NCBI GenBank assembly: GCA_964019335.1
Contig: OZ025672.1
Coordinates: 496,001-560,000, forward strand
DNA from: Diplonema japonicum
Lineage: Eukaryota; Protista; Euglenozoa: Diplonemea
Direction: 5' to 3'
DNA length: 64,000 nt
Below the pieces are notes generated by a model. It was given only the letters and a program-made list of their open reading frames with translations, did not search any database and was not told where the DNA came from. Positions within the stretch are counted from its first letter, which is position 1. Every line of letters begins with the position of its first letter. Both the position numbers and the translations under genes were made by a program. Below, one piece after another: positions 1 to 11,360 of the stretch.

Positions 1-719
1 GCCTCGAAAAAGTATGAGTAAGCAACCTTGAAATCCTTCTCCTCAGCGGCTATGACACCACTCTGCATATCAATCTCCGCTTGGGTCAGCGGTGCGATGT
101 AAATTGTATGCGCCGCCGTTCTAGCTGCAACAAGACCAGCCTTTGCCTTGGACTGGTTCTTGAGGACATAATACAGCCTTGACTCCAGCACGTGGATGTC
201 AACAAGCATCTGTTTGTCGTCAAGCTTGCGAACCTCTCTGAGCAACGCTGAGACACCGCTCAAGGCTTCTGTGTACCTTTTCAGTTGGAAACGGAGATCG
301 CCAAGTCGTGTCTGCAGACGCTGGCGAAGGAAGGACCGCTTCTCCTGACGCGACCAGACGATGAACTCCTCAACAAGGTTGACCTGCTCCTCAAGAGAGC
401 ACCCGCTGGCCGACACCATATCGAAGAGCTTCCTTACAATCCTAGCAGTGCGGCTCTTTGCAATGACCCCGAAGAACGGCCTCACATCTACTAAAAGCTG
501 CTTCATACCATCGACATCGTGCTTCTCCACAAGCAGTTTCCCGTAAGCATACACAGCACCCTCTCTTGCCTTCACCGCCTTCACATCTTCCCTCTCACAC
601 TCAGCCAAGATAATCTCAGCCAACGCAACCTTGTCGCCTTTCTCTCTTGCCTCCTGTAGTTTCTCCTCCAATGGGTGTAGCTCCTCCTCCTCCCTCATCT
701 CTACATCCCCGTCTGTCAT
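1..719 (-). CDS. RPN6: 26S proteasome lid subunit Rpn6/PSMD11, 5' part (runs off window start)
   Basis: Not in the ORF track (no stop in window). Manual translation from ATG 719 gives ...IAKSRTARIVRKLFD...WSRQEKRSFLRQRLQTRL...LLREVRKLDDKQMLVDIHVLESR...ARTAAHTIYIAPLTQAEIDMQSGVIAAEEKDFKVAYSYFFE, the conserved Rpn6 motifs. Confidence 0.93.
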   Translation of the reverse strand, partial: MTDGDVEMREEEELHPLEEKLQEAREKGDKVALAEIILAECEREDVKAVKAREGAVYAYGKLLVEKHDVDGMKQLLVDVRPFFGVIAKSRTARIVRKLFDMVSASGCSLEEQVNLVEEFIVWSRQEKRSFLRQRLQTRLGDLRFQLKRYTEALSGVSALLREVRKLDDKQMLVDIHVLESRLYYVLKNQSKAKAGLVAARTAAHTIYIAPLTQAEIDMQSGVIAAEEKDFKVAYSYFFE

Positions 720-1666
720 TTTTTTTTTTCTCCCCCTTTTTTTTTTTTTTTTTCTTTGGACTTTTTTTTTATTTTGGTGAGGAAAATAAAAAAAGAGAAA
801 CTTTTTTTTTTAAAAAAAGGAGACAACCACATCAACTATATGAAGGAAAAAAAAAAAAAAAAAAGAATGAAAATAATAATAATAATAGGGAAATGGAGGT
901 GGGAGGAAAAAAAAAAAGTGAGGAACAGGGGGAATGTGTGTGTGTGTGTGTTTGTGTGTGTGGTGAAGGTGAAGTTAGGTGTGAAAAAAAAAGGAAGAAA
1001 AAAAGTGATTGTATGAATTTGGAAGGGGAAACGGTGTTTTTTTTGGGGGGGTATCAAGCAAGGCTTCTTTTTTTTTTTTTCGATTCCTCCTCCTTTTCTT
1101 GTGTACCACGCGGCGGTCGTCGCTTTTTTTTATAAGTCCCCCGCAGCAATGCAAGAAAAAGGACGGAGGTGGTGACGTAAAAATGGGGGGTATTACAGAG
1201 TAAGAAAAAATAGCAAACTCGCGGAAAAAAAAAGGGGGGGAAGAAAACACTTTTTTTTTTCTCTCTTTCAGGGAAAAAAAAAAAGGAAAAAAAAGTATTT
1301 TTACCCAACCAATTCAGTTTTTTTTTTTTTTTTTTTTTTTTTCCCTTCGTTTTTTTCTCTCCTCCTCCTTAAAGGAGGAGCCCGGGCACCCAACCAAAAA
1401 AAAAAAAAAAAAAAAAAAAAAATGATTTTGTAAAGTCTGGGGGAAGGAAATTAAGAGGAGACACTAAAATGGGGATAGGGAGGGGAACAAAAAAACCAAC
1501 GTCCTGGTTTTTGTCTTTTATTTTCTTCTTGGCGCCAAGCCTGTTCTAAGAAGGACACCGTGAACCGGACACTAGGGCGAAGAAAAAAGAGGAAAAAAAA
1601 GAGGGCGGGGGGGGGGGGGGGGGGGAATAGAAATGCTGAAAACTATTGCGGGTGTTCTTAAATGGT

Positions 1667-1705
<39 letters not shown>

Positions 1706-1991
1706 CGAAGGAGGGGGGAAATTTTCAAAGAAACAATTCGCGCCGTTCGGGAAAATTATGTATTTATTTACTATTATTTTTTTTTGCTGTTGTTTCCTGC
1801 TTTTTTCCCCCCCCTTTTTTTTCCTCCTCTTTTTCCTTTTTTTTCTTTCCCCCCCCCTTTTTTTTAATGATTAGAAAGTTGAAAGGTGGGGAAAAGGGGG
1901 GAAGGGAAAACATAAAAAAAATCTATGAGGGTAAGGTTTATTCAAAATTTCTCGTTTTTTTTTCTTCTTTTTTTTTTTCTTCTTCCCTTTT

Positions 1992-2549
1992 TTACCGATC
2001 CGCAGTCCGAGTCATGTCCCACACTTGAGACAACTGAAACTGTCCAGGAGGTCCTATCACACCGGCACTGGCGGGTGGGCCACCTATCACACCAGCTGCT
2101 GCTCCTGGGGCATGATGCCCTTGTTGCTGCTGCTGCCCATGAGGCATCTTCCCCACAGGCCCTGGCATTGCAGAGTGCTGCTTACCCATAGCTCCTTTGC
2201 CTTGGATGTGTGGCTGTTGTTCCCCCTGTATGTGGTGAAATCCTGACATCAGTCCATACCAGCCCCATTCCTATTTTATGCCCCCCAGGCACCATCTGCT
2301 GCATGTCACCTATTGGTTGATTTGCCATTGTAACGCAACCATACCTCTCGTGTTCCCTTTCCCGCCAGCATCCCCATAGTACACAGGTTGCCTCCCGTAC
2401 CCCATGTGCTGCTGCTGTTGTTGCTGCTGCATGTTCCATGGCTGCCCTGGGGCGTTCATGCTGAACCCAGATGTACCGCCCATGACGCCCGGAGCTCCCG
2501 CACCAGGCGCCCCGTGTGCCCCTCCCGGTGCGTTATTCTCCCCGCACCC

Positions 2550-2580
<31 letters not shown>

Positions 2581-5500
2581 GGAACCACCGCACCTGGTTG
2601 CCAATGATGGTAGCCCTGTGCCGTCTGTCCCTTGTCTCTTCCCATATCGTTGGGGTTCTGGTAGAAGCCCTGTGGCGGCGATGCTTTGAGTGTATTATAC
2701 CATACCTGCAGCAGTGGGGACTGTCGGGGTTGCTGCCGTTGTTGCTGGTCGCCTTGTGTGGCAGTCAACATGTCGGACATGCCCGAGAACAGCGAAGGCG
2801 AGCTGAATGTGTCCTTCAGGGACCGCTGCTGGGACCACTGCCGGTCCTTATGCGCACCGACGGTAGGGTTTGCCACCTGTGCCCATCCATGGGACATGCC
2901 GCCAATTGGCTGATTCGCTTGATTTTGGTCGGTGCTGGTCATCTGAACAAGATCAGGTGGCTGAGAAGAGAATGATGCCTGAGGCTGTGCTTGGCTGCGG
3001 GCCCCGCTGCCGATGGGGCCACTGGTCCCGCTGCCACTGCCGGGAGCCATGCTCTGCCCTTCCTGCGCTGTGGAGCTGAATGGACCCCAGTTGCTCAGCA
3101 GTGATGAGTCATTCTTAGACAGTGGCGACACCACCTTGTCCTTGTCACCCTTGTCCTGCCCCACAACGCCTAGTCGTCCGAAGTCACTCTCCAACAACGC
3201 ATGGGTCTCCCCACCAGCACTGTTTAGCTTCTTCACCAGGCTCTCGATCTGTATGCCTGAACCCTCGTTGGTCTCTTGAAGCACCAGCACCTGCTGGCCA
3301 CCCGGCGCCATGTTCTGGGTGTTCCTTGCTGCGATGGGTGGTTGCTTGAACCCTTCGGCCAAGCCAGGTGGAGGGTTTACCCGCTTGAGCGGCGGAGGTG
3401 GCCTGTTGACTGCGGGGTTTGGCTTCAGAGGTGTCGGTGCTGCTTCGAGGAACGCTGCCGTGGGCACGGGTCCCGCAGGTGCCTCAGGCACCGCAGGTGC
3501 GACCGGGATAGGCGTGGGGACTGGTGTCGTGGAGACAGAAGCAGGAGGATGGCGCTGCAGAGTTGTTGAAGTAGCTGGGGTTGTTCTCGGGGGGTTTGAG
3601 GATGGCAGTGGCGTGGTTGCTGGTGCTGTTGTTGTTGCCGGCTGGCCTGCAACAGTCTTTGTAGGTGAGAGTCGCTGTGCCCATGTAGACCCGTGTCCCT
3701 GTCCCGCCCCGCCCCCAGAACCCGAGTTCGGGCCGTTTTGCTTTCCAGCTTTTTTTTTATCGAAATCGTTGTGGGTGTGAGCCATGTCAACTTTCTTCGG
3801 CACCTCGTGTTTTTCTCTTCGCTGTCCCTTCGCGATGGGCGCCTGTGTTGTGGGCGGTCCTCTTCGCACTTCTTCTTCCTCCCGCTTCGATTTTGCTTTT
3901 TCCCTCTTTTTTTTGTTTTTCTCTTCTTGCCCCTGCTGCGCCTGCGTCTCGGTCGCCTTTGGGGGGGACGTTGCAGGTGGGGCCTTCTTCTTTTGCTCTG
4001 CTTCTTGCTTTTCTTGCTTTTCTTGCTTTTCTTGCTTCGCTTGCTCGCGTTGCTGCTCCTTCAGCTGCTTCTGCTTTTGTTGCTCTTTCTCCTTCTGTAG
4101 TTGTTGTTGCTGTTCTTTTTCCCGTTGTTTCTGCTCAGCTTTTTTCTTCTTTTTCTCTTCCCGTTGCTGCTCACGCTCCAGTTCCTTCTTCCGCGCTTCT
4201 TCCTCTTTCTTCTTTTTCTTGCTTGTAGGCGGGTCTTTTTCTTTCTTGGTTTTTTTCTTCCCAACCAGCGCAGCGAACATGTTATTGCCACCACCCCCGT
4301 CTTCCGACTCGCTTTGGTCGGATGTCTCAGAGTTGCTGTCGAACTGCCCGTTCACCTCCTGTGTGCTCGAGCCATTCCTCCGCTTGGAAGATGTGTCAGG
4401 TGCGGCTGCGTTCTTCTTCTTCTTGGCAGGTGTGCCTTTGTGCTTGGTCGCTGCTGAGGGGTCAAGTTCGTCACCCTGCTCCTCAGGCTTCTCGCTGTCG
4501 GACTTGGTCAACACCTGGTACAGCTCTCGTGCTACCTTCGAGTTCACACGTGTTGTCTTCAGCTGCTCCAAGTTCTTTCCATAGATGCAGTCTGGCTTCA
4601 CACCATCCTTGGCTAGGGTCAGGAAAGCGGTAATGATGCAGGCTTGTATGTGGTGGTTTTTGGAGTGAAGTTGTGTGGATAGTTGCTTGAGAGCGTCCTT
4701 GTGCGCAGAGTTGTTGACAGGGTCGATGGCCTTCCCCACCTTGCTGAGGTTTAAAATGGCCAGAGACGCTGCTTCCTTTTCAACTTGGTCGGCACTTGAC
4801 TTCGCCATTAAGCTGCATAAGGACTCGAGCACAGGTTGCTTCATCATTGCCTTCCTTCCCGCTTCGTGCTGCGCCACTGCAGCAAGCCCCGCGCACATGA
4901 CAGAAGCAGGCCGGAGTTCAGTGCCCTCCAATGTCCCCTTCACGACGCTCAGCAGTTGCCTCACGATGGGTTCCAGGAATGGCGCCACCGACTTGTGGAG
5001 CTTCGAGGTGCCCTTGAAGTCTGGGCCGTCGACGATGGACGGCGAGCATAGGTACGTGATCCCTCGTGCTGCGGCAACAGAGGTCTCCTCGTTCTTGGAT
5101 TTCAGGTGTGTCACAAGCAGCCTGCCGACGTCGCGCTTGATGATGTCATCGCTCTTCAGCATCCGTTGGTGGATGAGCTGCGTGAGGAGGATCACCGCCG
5201 CAGTGGGAGATGGGTCGGTTTTCGTCAGCACGAGCGTCTGTTCAACAAGCGCCTCTGCCAGCTTCGAACTGGGATCGAGCCTTATCTTCTTGTTGTGCAG
5301 AAGTGCTTGTATAATGGTGCAGGCGTTGATCACCACATCGCGCACGTTCTTGTAAGACAGCATATCAACTAGTCTTTTGATGTCCTCCTCTTGCAGGGTG
5401 ATGTGGCAGGACTCGTCAGAGCCCGCAAGGATAGCCAACACTGAGGTGAGAACCTTCTGCGACTGGAGAGATAGACTGTTGCTCGCTTTAGCTTCCTTCT

Positions 5501-6518
5501 TTTTCGCTTTCCCTATTTTAGAAGCGGGCTCCAGCTTCTCATGCTGCTCATCGACGACACGAATGATCTCACAGAAGTACCTTTCGGAAGTAAGTTTCCG
5601 GCAGTCGTTCAGGGCAGCGTGCGGGTCGGCATGCTCGACTAGAAGGTTGTGGAGGATATGAGAGGCTGTCAGCAGCACATCGATGGACCGCTTGTGCATG
5701 AGATGCACGCAGTACTGTACCACGTTGCACTTGTAACATTCGGCACATGCAGAGCCCAGCTGTGTGATGTGCTGGAGGGATAGTAACGCGCTGTGCAGCA
5801 CCTTCGTGTTCTCTGTTTTAAGAACAGAAAGAACAGCCGGGAGCCCGCCTGTTTGATAGACATCGACGTAGTTGGCGGTGGCGACCACATGGAGGAGCTC
5901 AGTTGAGAGGAATTTGATAGTTTCGTCTTCCTCCTCGTTTTGAATGTCTTCTATGATGGTGGGAAGCGCGTCTTCGTCGTCTAGGACAGACTCGATGACG
6001 AAGTTAGAGGAGCCTTTCGCGCACATTTCAAGCAAGCCTTTTAAGGCAGTCACGCGGTCTTCGGGGGTTGCTTCCACGTCGGAGATGGAACCGAGGTAGC
6101 CTTGTATCTGCCGCTTGTCCTCGCCCCGTCTGTCGTCATACCGAAGCTCGGCAAAGGCTTTAAGGGGGTCAGAGACACGTTGAACGAAGATGCTGAAGGG
6201 ATGGAATGGCGTGATGAAGGGAGCAGCCGTGAACATGAAGGACGGGATGGCCATCTCACCCAGGTCATCGTCGTCCCACAGTTCAGTCATATCGTCGAAG
6301 CCGTCACCTAGCCGGTCGTACTCCTCCTTCTTTATGGGGTCGGAAAGGATCTGGTATGCATTGCAAAGCCGTTTGAACGTTTCGCCGTCCTTGTCACCAC
6401 CCTCCGCCTTGTCGGGGTGGTGTTTTTGCGCTAACTTTCGATATGCTTTCTTCACATCTTCTGTTGCCGATTGAGCAGGCAGCCCAAGCACTTCATACAG
6501 AGCGTACCTGCCGCTCAT
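1992..6518 (-). CDS. DnaJ-domain protein with ARM/HEAT-like repeats, charged coiled coil and Q/G/P-rich low-complexity tail (~1485 aa, 2 introns)
   Basis: N-terminal J domain (LYEVLGL...KKAYRKLAQKHHPDK...AYQILSDP..KEEYD), then ARM-like helical repeats. Introns 2310-2344 (GTATGG..AATAG) and 2226-2259 (GTATGG..ATACAG) join ORFs 2310-6890, 2182-2439 and 1992-2249 in frame. The start could extend upstream. Confidence 0.85.
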
Positions 6519-7124
6519 GTACCCCTCCTCCTTGGCCTCTCTCCGCGACGTCTTGTGTGAGGATGCTATTGTTTCCTGTGTAGAAAAGTGGTGTCGATGT
6601 ACTCTGGAAGAAGGAATAATATTTTGTTTAAACACTAGAAGGGACGTGCTCGAACCATAACCGTCAGCAGACAATTTTTTTTTTTTTCCCCTTCTTTTTT
6701 TTCTTTTGTCTATGGCCGTTCTTTTCTGCATTCTTCTTTTCTGCAGTAAACATATGGCAATTTGGATTGGCTGCAAAGCGGGCAGGTGTAAAATTGTGTT
6801 TTTTTCTTCATCGAAGCCCTGATTGTATTGTTGTTGGCGTGAAAGGGGAGAAAGAAAGAGAAAAAAAAAAAAGAAAAAAAAAGAGAACATACCACACCAT
6901 GTGCCCCTCTCGTCTTTTCAGTGTCCACGAGGAAGTCACTGCGTACTTCTTTTGCCCATATCGCGTATTGAACCTTTTTTTTTTTTTTTTTTTTTTTTCC
7001 CACTGCATACTGCACATTTCTCACTTGTTCCAGAACTACTGGTTTCACCATAAATTCACGAACTACCCGTCTGATCCCCGACATTTTTTTTTCTCTCTTC
7101 CCTTTCACGTTTCCCCCTCCTTCA

Positions 7125-7168
<44 letters not shown>

Positions 7169-9134
7169 TGAATACCAATGACAAAGAAGAAAAATAAAGG
7201 GAAAAAAAAGAAGGGCCCATAACAGAATTGTAAATAACCCACCCTCCCACAGCAAGGGAGAGAGGGGAGAAGAAAAAAAAAGAAATTTGGGTGAATTAAT
7301 CGTAACAATGGAAGCTGCTTGGCTTTTTTGAGCAGATTTTGAACAGATCAGATTAAAGTTTAAAAAAAAAAAAAATGCCAATAAAGTCCCTTATATTCTT
7401 ACCCCACCCTACGTCGGGGGTGGGCAAAAAGCAAAAAAGAAATTTCTTTATGACTTGCTACCGTTAACTTACTGCTGGTGAAAACAATGCGGGGGATCCG
7501 GGTTTTTTACCCCCCCCTAGAGAATCTACCACTTCCCCCCTTTCACATTATTCTCTACCACATTATATTTCATAGTTACATTTAAGTTATAAAGCATTTT
7601 TTCTTTTTTCTTTTTTCTAATTTGGATTTCAGTTCAAAATAATTCGAAAAAGCAAACAAAACAAAACAAAACAAAAGGTGAAGGAAAAAGGGGATGTATG
7701 AAGCATATATTTTTTTTGAAACATGTGTTTTTCATCTGTCCCAGTTCTGGTGCGGCAGTATTCGACTTTTTTTTTTCTTTTTACTCTTTTCTTTTTTTTG
7801 CAATTGGTCTAAAAATACAAACCTTTTCTGCAATATTTTTTTCTTGTCATTTTTGAAGCCTCCCTCCTCTATTTAAGAGGATACAAAGTAAGACGTAAAA
7901 CTATATGCACCCCTAGCATAACAAAGGTACAACTTCAGATTTTCATGGAGATCAATTCCATACCTTGCAGACCACCCTTTACCCCCCCCCCCCCCCCCAA
8001 GTACTTGTTGAAAAGCAGGGTCAAATTTACCTTATTTAAGAACTATGTGACCCTCAATAGAAAATACGGTGGTTTTTAGAATACTGGTTTGTCGTTGTTT
8101 CGCACAAAGTGAAAAGAAGAAGAAAAAGAAAATTAGAAAGCTGCTTAGTGGTTCTTTTTTTTTGTATTGTTTTGTATTGTTTTGTATAAGAAACGGGTTT
8201 TCGGCAAACAAAGAATACCTCTCTGTAAATAAAGAGAGAGGAGGGGGGGGGGGGGGGGGGGGGTGAATGTACGTGGATGTGTGTGGGGATGTATTATATT
8301 CGGCAAAAAATAAAAAAAAGGTATTTGGATTCAAGACTTTATTTTTTATTTTTTTTTTGTTTGTTTGTTTTTTTTCCATTCATTTCCCCCCCCCCCCCCC
8401 CCCTTCCTTGGCTTCAACTCATAAGGTTGGAAACAGTCATCTGGTACGCTTGAAAATACGTTGGCTACCCTAATTCGACCCGGCCACAGATAGCTTTGAT
8501 TTACTCGTTGAGTAGTCAGAGAGAAAAAGAAATAAAAAAAGAGGCATAACACCACAAGAGCCCCAGTATTTTCTTTTGTTTGGTGACTTGTAAGTACACG
8601 GCTGTAGTACTACACACGAACTACCAGGTCATCTTGTTGTCTCTCCCTATTTTTTTTTTTTTTTTTTTTTTATTTTTTTTTTATATTATTATTATTTTTT
8701 TTTTTCCGTCCGTCTCTTGCCAAGTTGAAAAAAAAAAAAAAAACAGGTGATTAAAAAGAATGTTGATTGAAAAGAAGAACAAAAAAAAGAAAGAGAAAGA
8801 AACCAAAAAATCTATCACCACATCATTCCCTTCTTTGCTGTCGCAAGACCGAGGATATCTTTGAAGCCATCCTCTTCTCAGGAAAAGGATAAATTTCCCT
8901 AGTAGAAGAGCAAGGAGAGGAAACTGAAATGATTTCCTCTCTGACATATTTTGGGTAAGGAGAAATAGGAGAGAGAACAAAAGAAAAAAAGAAAAAAAGG
9001 GAATCTACTACTTCTAAAAAGAGTCGGCTGATTATTTGTGCAAAGCCGTTTTCACCTACAGTAGGGGTAAAGGGCAAGCTGCCTCTACTCTTTTTTGCAA
9101 TAACAATTCTTTTCAAAAATTTGTTTACTTGTTC

Positions 9135-9180
<46 letters not shown>

Positions 9181-10756
9181 AAGAAAGAAATAAGGTAGTA
9201 CTAAGAAGCAAACAGAAACGAAATTCTTCCCAACACATTGCGCCTAGTGTACCTCTTTCCTCAACGTGTCCCTGACTTTTTCAAGAAAAAAAAGGAGAGA
9301 AAAAAGGGAGGGAACAGAAACCGCTACTTCGTCGTTCTCAGAAGGAGGAGTTCCGGGTCCATAAGTGGCTGAGGATGTCTGTCGACAAAGAAGGGGGAAA
9401 GGAGGAGAATGTCTTGAAAGTCTTCACACTGGATCAGAAAAAAGGGGAAACAAATCTCCCACGTTATTTTCGAGCCATGGAATCTGCTTCCTTAGAAACG
9501 AAAATTAAAAAGATGGATTTTAAAACAAAACAGGAGAGAGTCCGGCGGGAGAGTACCTTTTTTTTTTTTTCTTCTTTTTTCTTTTTCTTCTTTCGTCTTT
9601 CCCTTTCTTCTCTTCACTGAGTCCAAAACACTGTTCTGTTCTTATGTTTGTTTCGTTTTTTCTTTCTTTTCTTTCTTCTTGTTTTTTTTGGCCAGCAAAA
9701 GGTTTCTCAAACAACACAAGAATCTCAGCAGCAATACGCCCATTTGCTGTTTACGCTTTACGACAATAAGAAAAAGAGAAGAAAAGAAAATAGATGGAAC
9801 GATTTTATTGCCATGTTCTCTAGTTACCATGCGACACCTCATTCATTCCTTTCTTGTTATGTTTTCATTCTTCTCATGCAAACAATATCCAACATCTGTG
9901 TCAATCCCGTTTGAGTGCAGTGTCTCAAAAAGAAAAGAAGAAAAAATCACGCTTCAAATATAACGTTGAAAAACAAGACTGAACTAGCTAAAGCTCAGAC
10001 CACAAAATATTTGTATGCCGACTTTTTATATGCTTTATTTTGATCGCCCCGGCACCCACTAAAGAAAAGAAAAGAAAAGAAAAGTTTCCTCTATTTAAAA
10101 GCATTAGGCTCATGAGCGAGACAAGGTGTTGAGTAAGGAAAAAAGAAAAGAAATGAAATGAATGAGAGAAAAAAAAAAAGAAAAAAAAAAAGAAAAAAAG
10201 GAATAAATAGTGCTTCGAACAATCCTCCCTTCACTCCCCTCCCCTAGTGTATTTTCGTTCCCTGCCAAAAAAAAAAACCCCTCCCTCCTTTTAAGACGGT
10301 ACAGTGTATTGAAAAGAACAAAAAAATAAAAAGAAAAAAGAAAAAAGAAAAAAAAGAAAAAAAAATATATAAATTAACAACAGAAAGAAAGAAAAACTAA
10401 TTCAAGCCCCAACGACAAACAAAAACCGGCATGGGGACGGCTCGGGGCCGGTCGAAGGCAAGAGTCGCCGAAATCCTTAAGACGATCCTTCCTATTGAGG
10501 GGGATGCGCTACCAGGGGAAAGGAAAAAAGGTGGCCATGGGCAGGACAGTCGAAGGAATATACTAGGGGGCCAAGAGGCAGACTGACTGCGCCATAGGCG
10601 ATACAAAAGGAGAAGATTTTGACCAAGAAAGAATGGAACAATGGAATATCTGAAAGGAAGTATACACACACTCCCCTCACTGAATGCCGTCTTGCTTCAC
10701 CCTGTGATTTGCCAGGCACAATTATGTCACCCTGTGCAACACGGACTTTTGGGCTT

Positions 10757-11190
10757 CGAGGGATCACCACCTCACCTGCCCCGCATGCGGCGTTCACTCT
10801 CCGCTAGACGCCGATCACCTGCTCAGGAGCTGTCCTTCCCTGGCCCCCGCTGCAAGAACCTTGACACCAGGCTGCCGCTCCGCGCGCTGCTTTCCAAGCA
10901 CTCCGCCGAGGTCTGTCACACACACACAAAACGGGCCAAAGAACGCCTCCCAAGAGATGGTCACGGATGGCCGGGAGGGCGCAGGACGCAGCACGAGGAC
11001 GCTCCTGCGTTAAATCTCGAGGGGTTCGCCCCGCATGTAATCAGCCAAGTCGGCTGTCCCACGCAAGGGGAACGGAGAGCCGGAGGGATGGTCCAACCCA
11101 CGTGGTTGCCCTCTCGGTTCCTCCAGACAAAAGACTGAAACACACCCCCCACCCCCAGTTTCCCCCCAGTGGTTTTTATTGCAAAAAAAA
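10757..11190 (+). mobile_element. 5'-truncated, diverged 3' end of a non-LTR retrotransposon related to the adjacent element
   Basis: Aligns by eye with 16285-16869: the C-terminal HHLTCPAC..DADHLL coding part plus the 3' UTR ending CAGTTTCCCCCCAGTGGTTTTTATTGC-A(n). Lacks the segment equivalent to ~16446-16585. Confidence 0.85.
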
Positions 11191-11360
11191 CCACCGGCGA
11201 AAAAAAAAAAAAAAAACATGAGTATCAGAGACAGAGACAGAGAAAAGGACAGGGGGAAGGACAGAGAGAGGGACAAGGGCGAGGAGAGGGTGAGAGAGAG
11301 GGAAGACGTGGCCGGGACAGGGACGACGAACGCGCGACCGAGGGTGATCTCGGTCACGTG

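Noticed and set aside
647-2028. Many K/F-rich ORFs in intergenic regions (also 6.7-10, 25-28, 34-42, 50, 55-57 and 62-63 kb)
   Set aside because: They are translations of poly-A/T/C/G runs with no domain signal. N-terminal extensions of real ORFs through such runs were trimmed to the first plausible ATG.
2388-6474. Long plus-strand ORFs overlapping minus-strand genes (also 25798-27402, 28659-33687, 58250-61797)
   Set aside because: Antisense shadows of GC-rich coding sequence; no independent motifs.
11074-11125. Group II intron domain V-like GAGCCG...CGGTTC
   Set aside because: The AGC triad context is not kept in the second copy (16750-16800), and there is no 2-nt bulge or GNRA loop.
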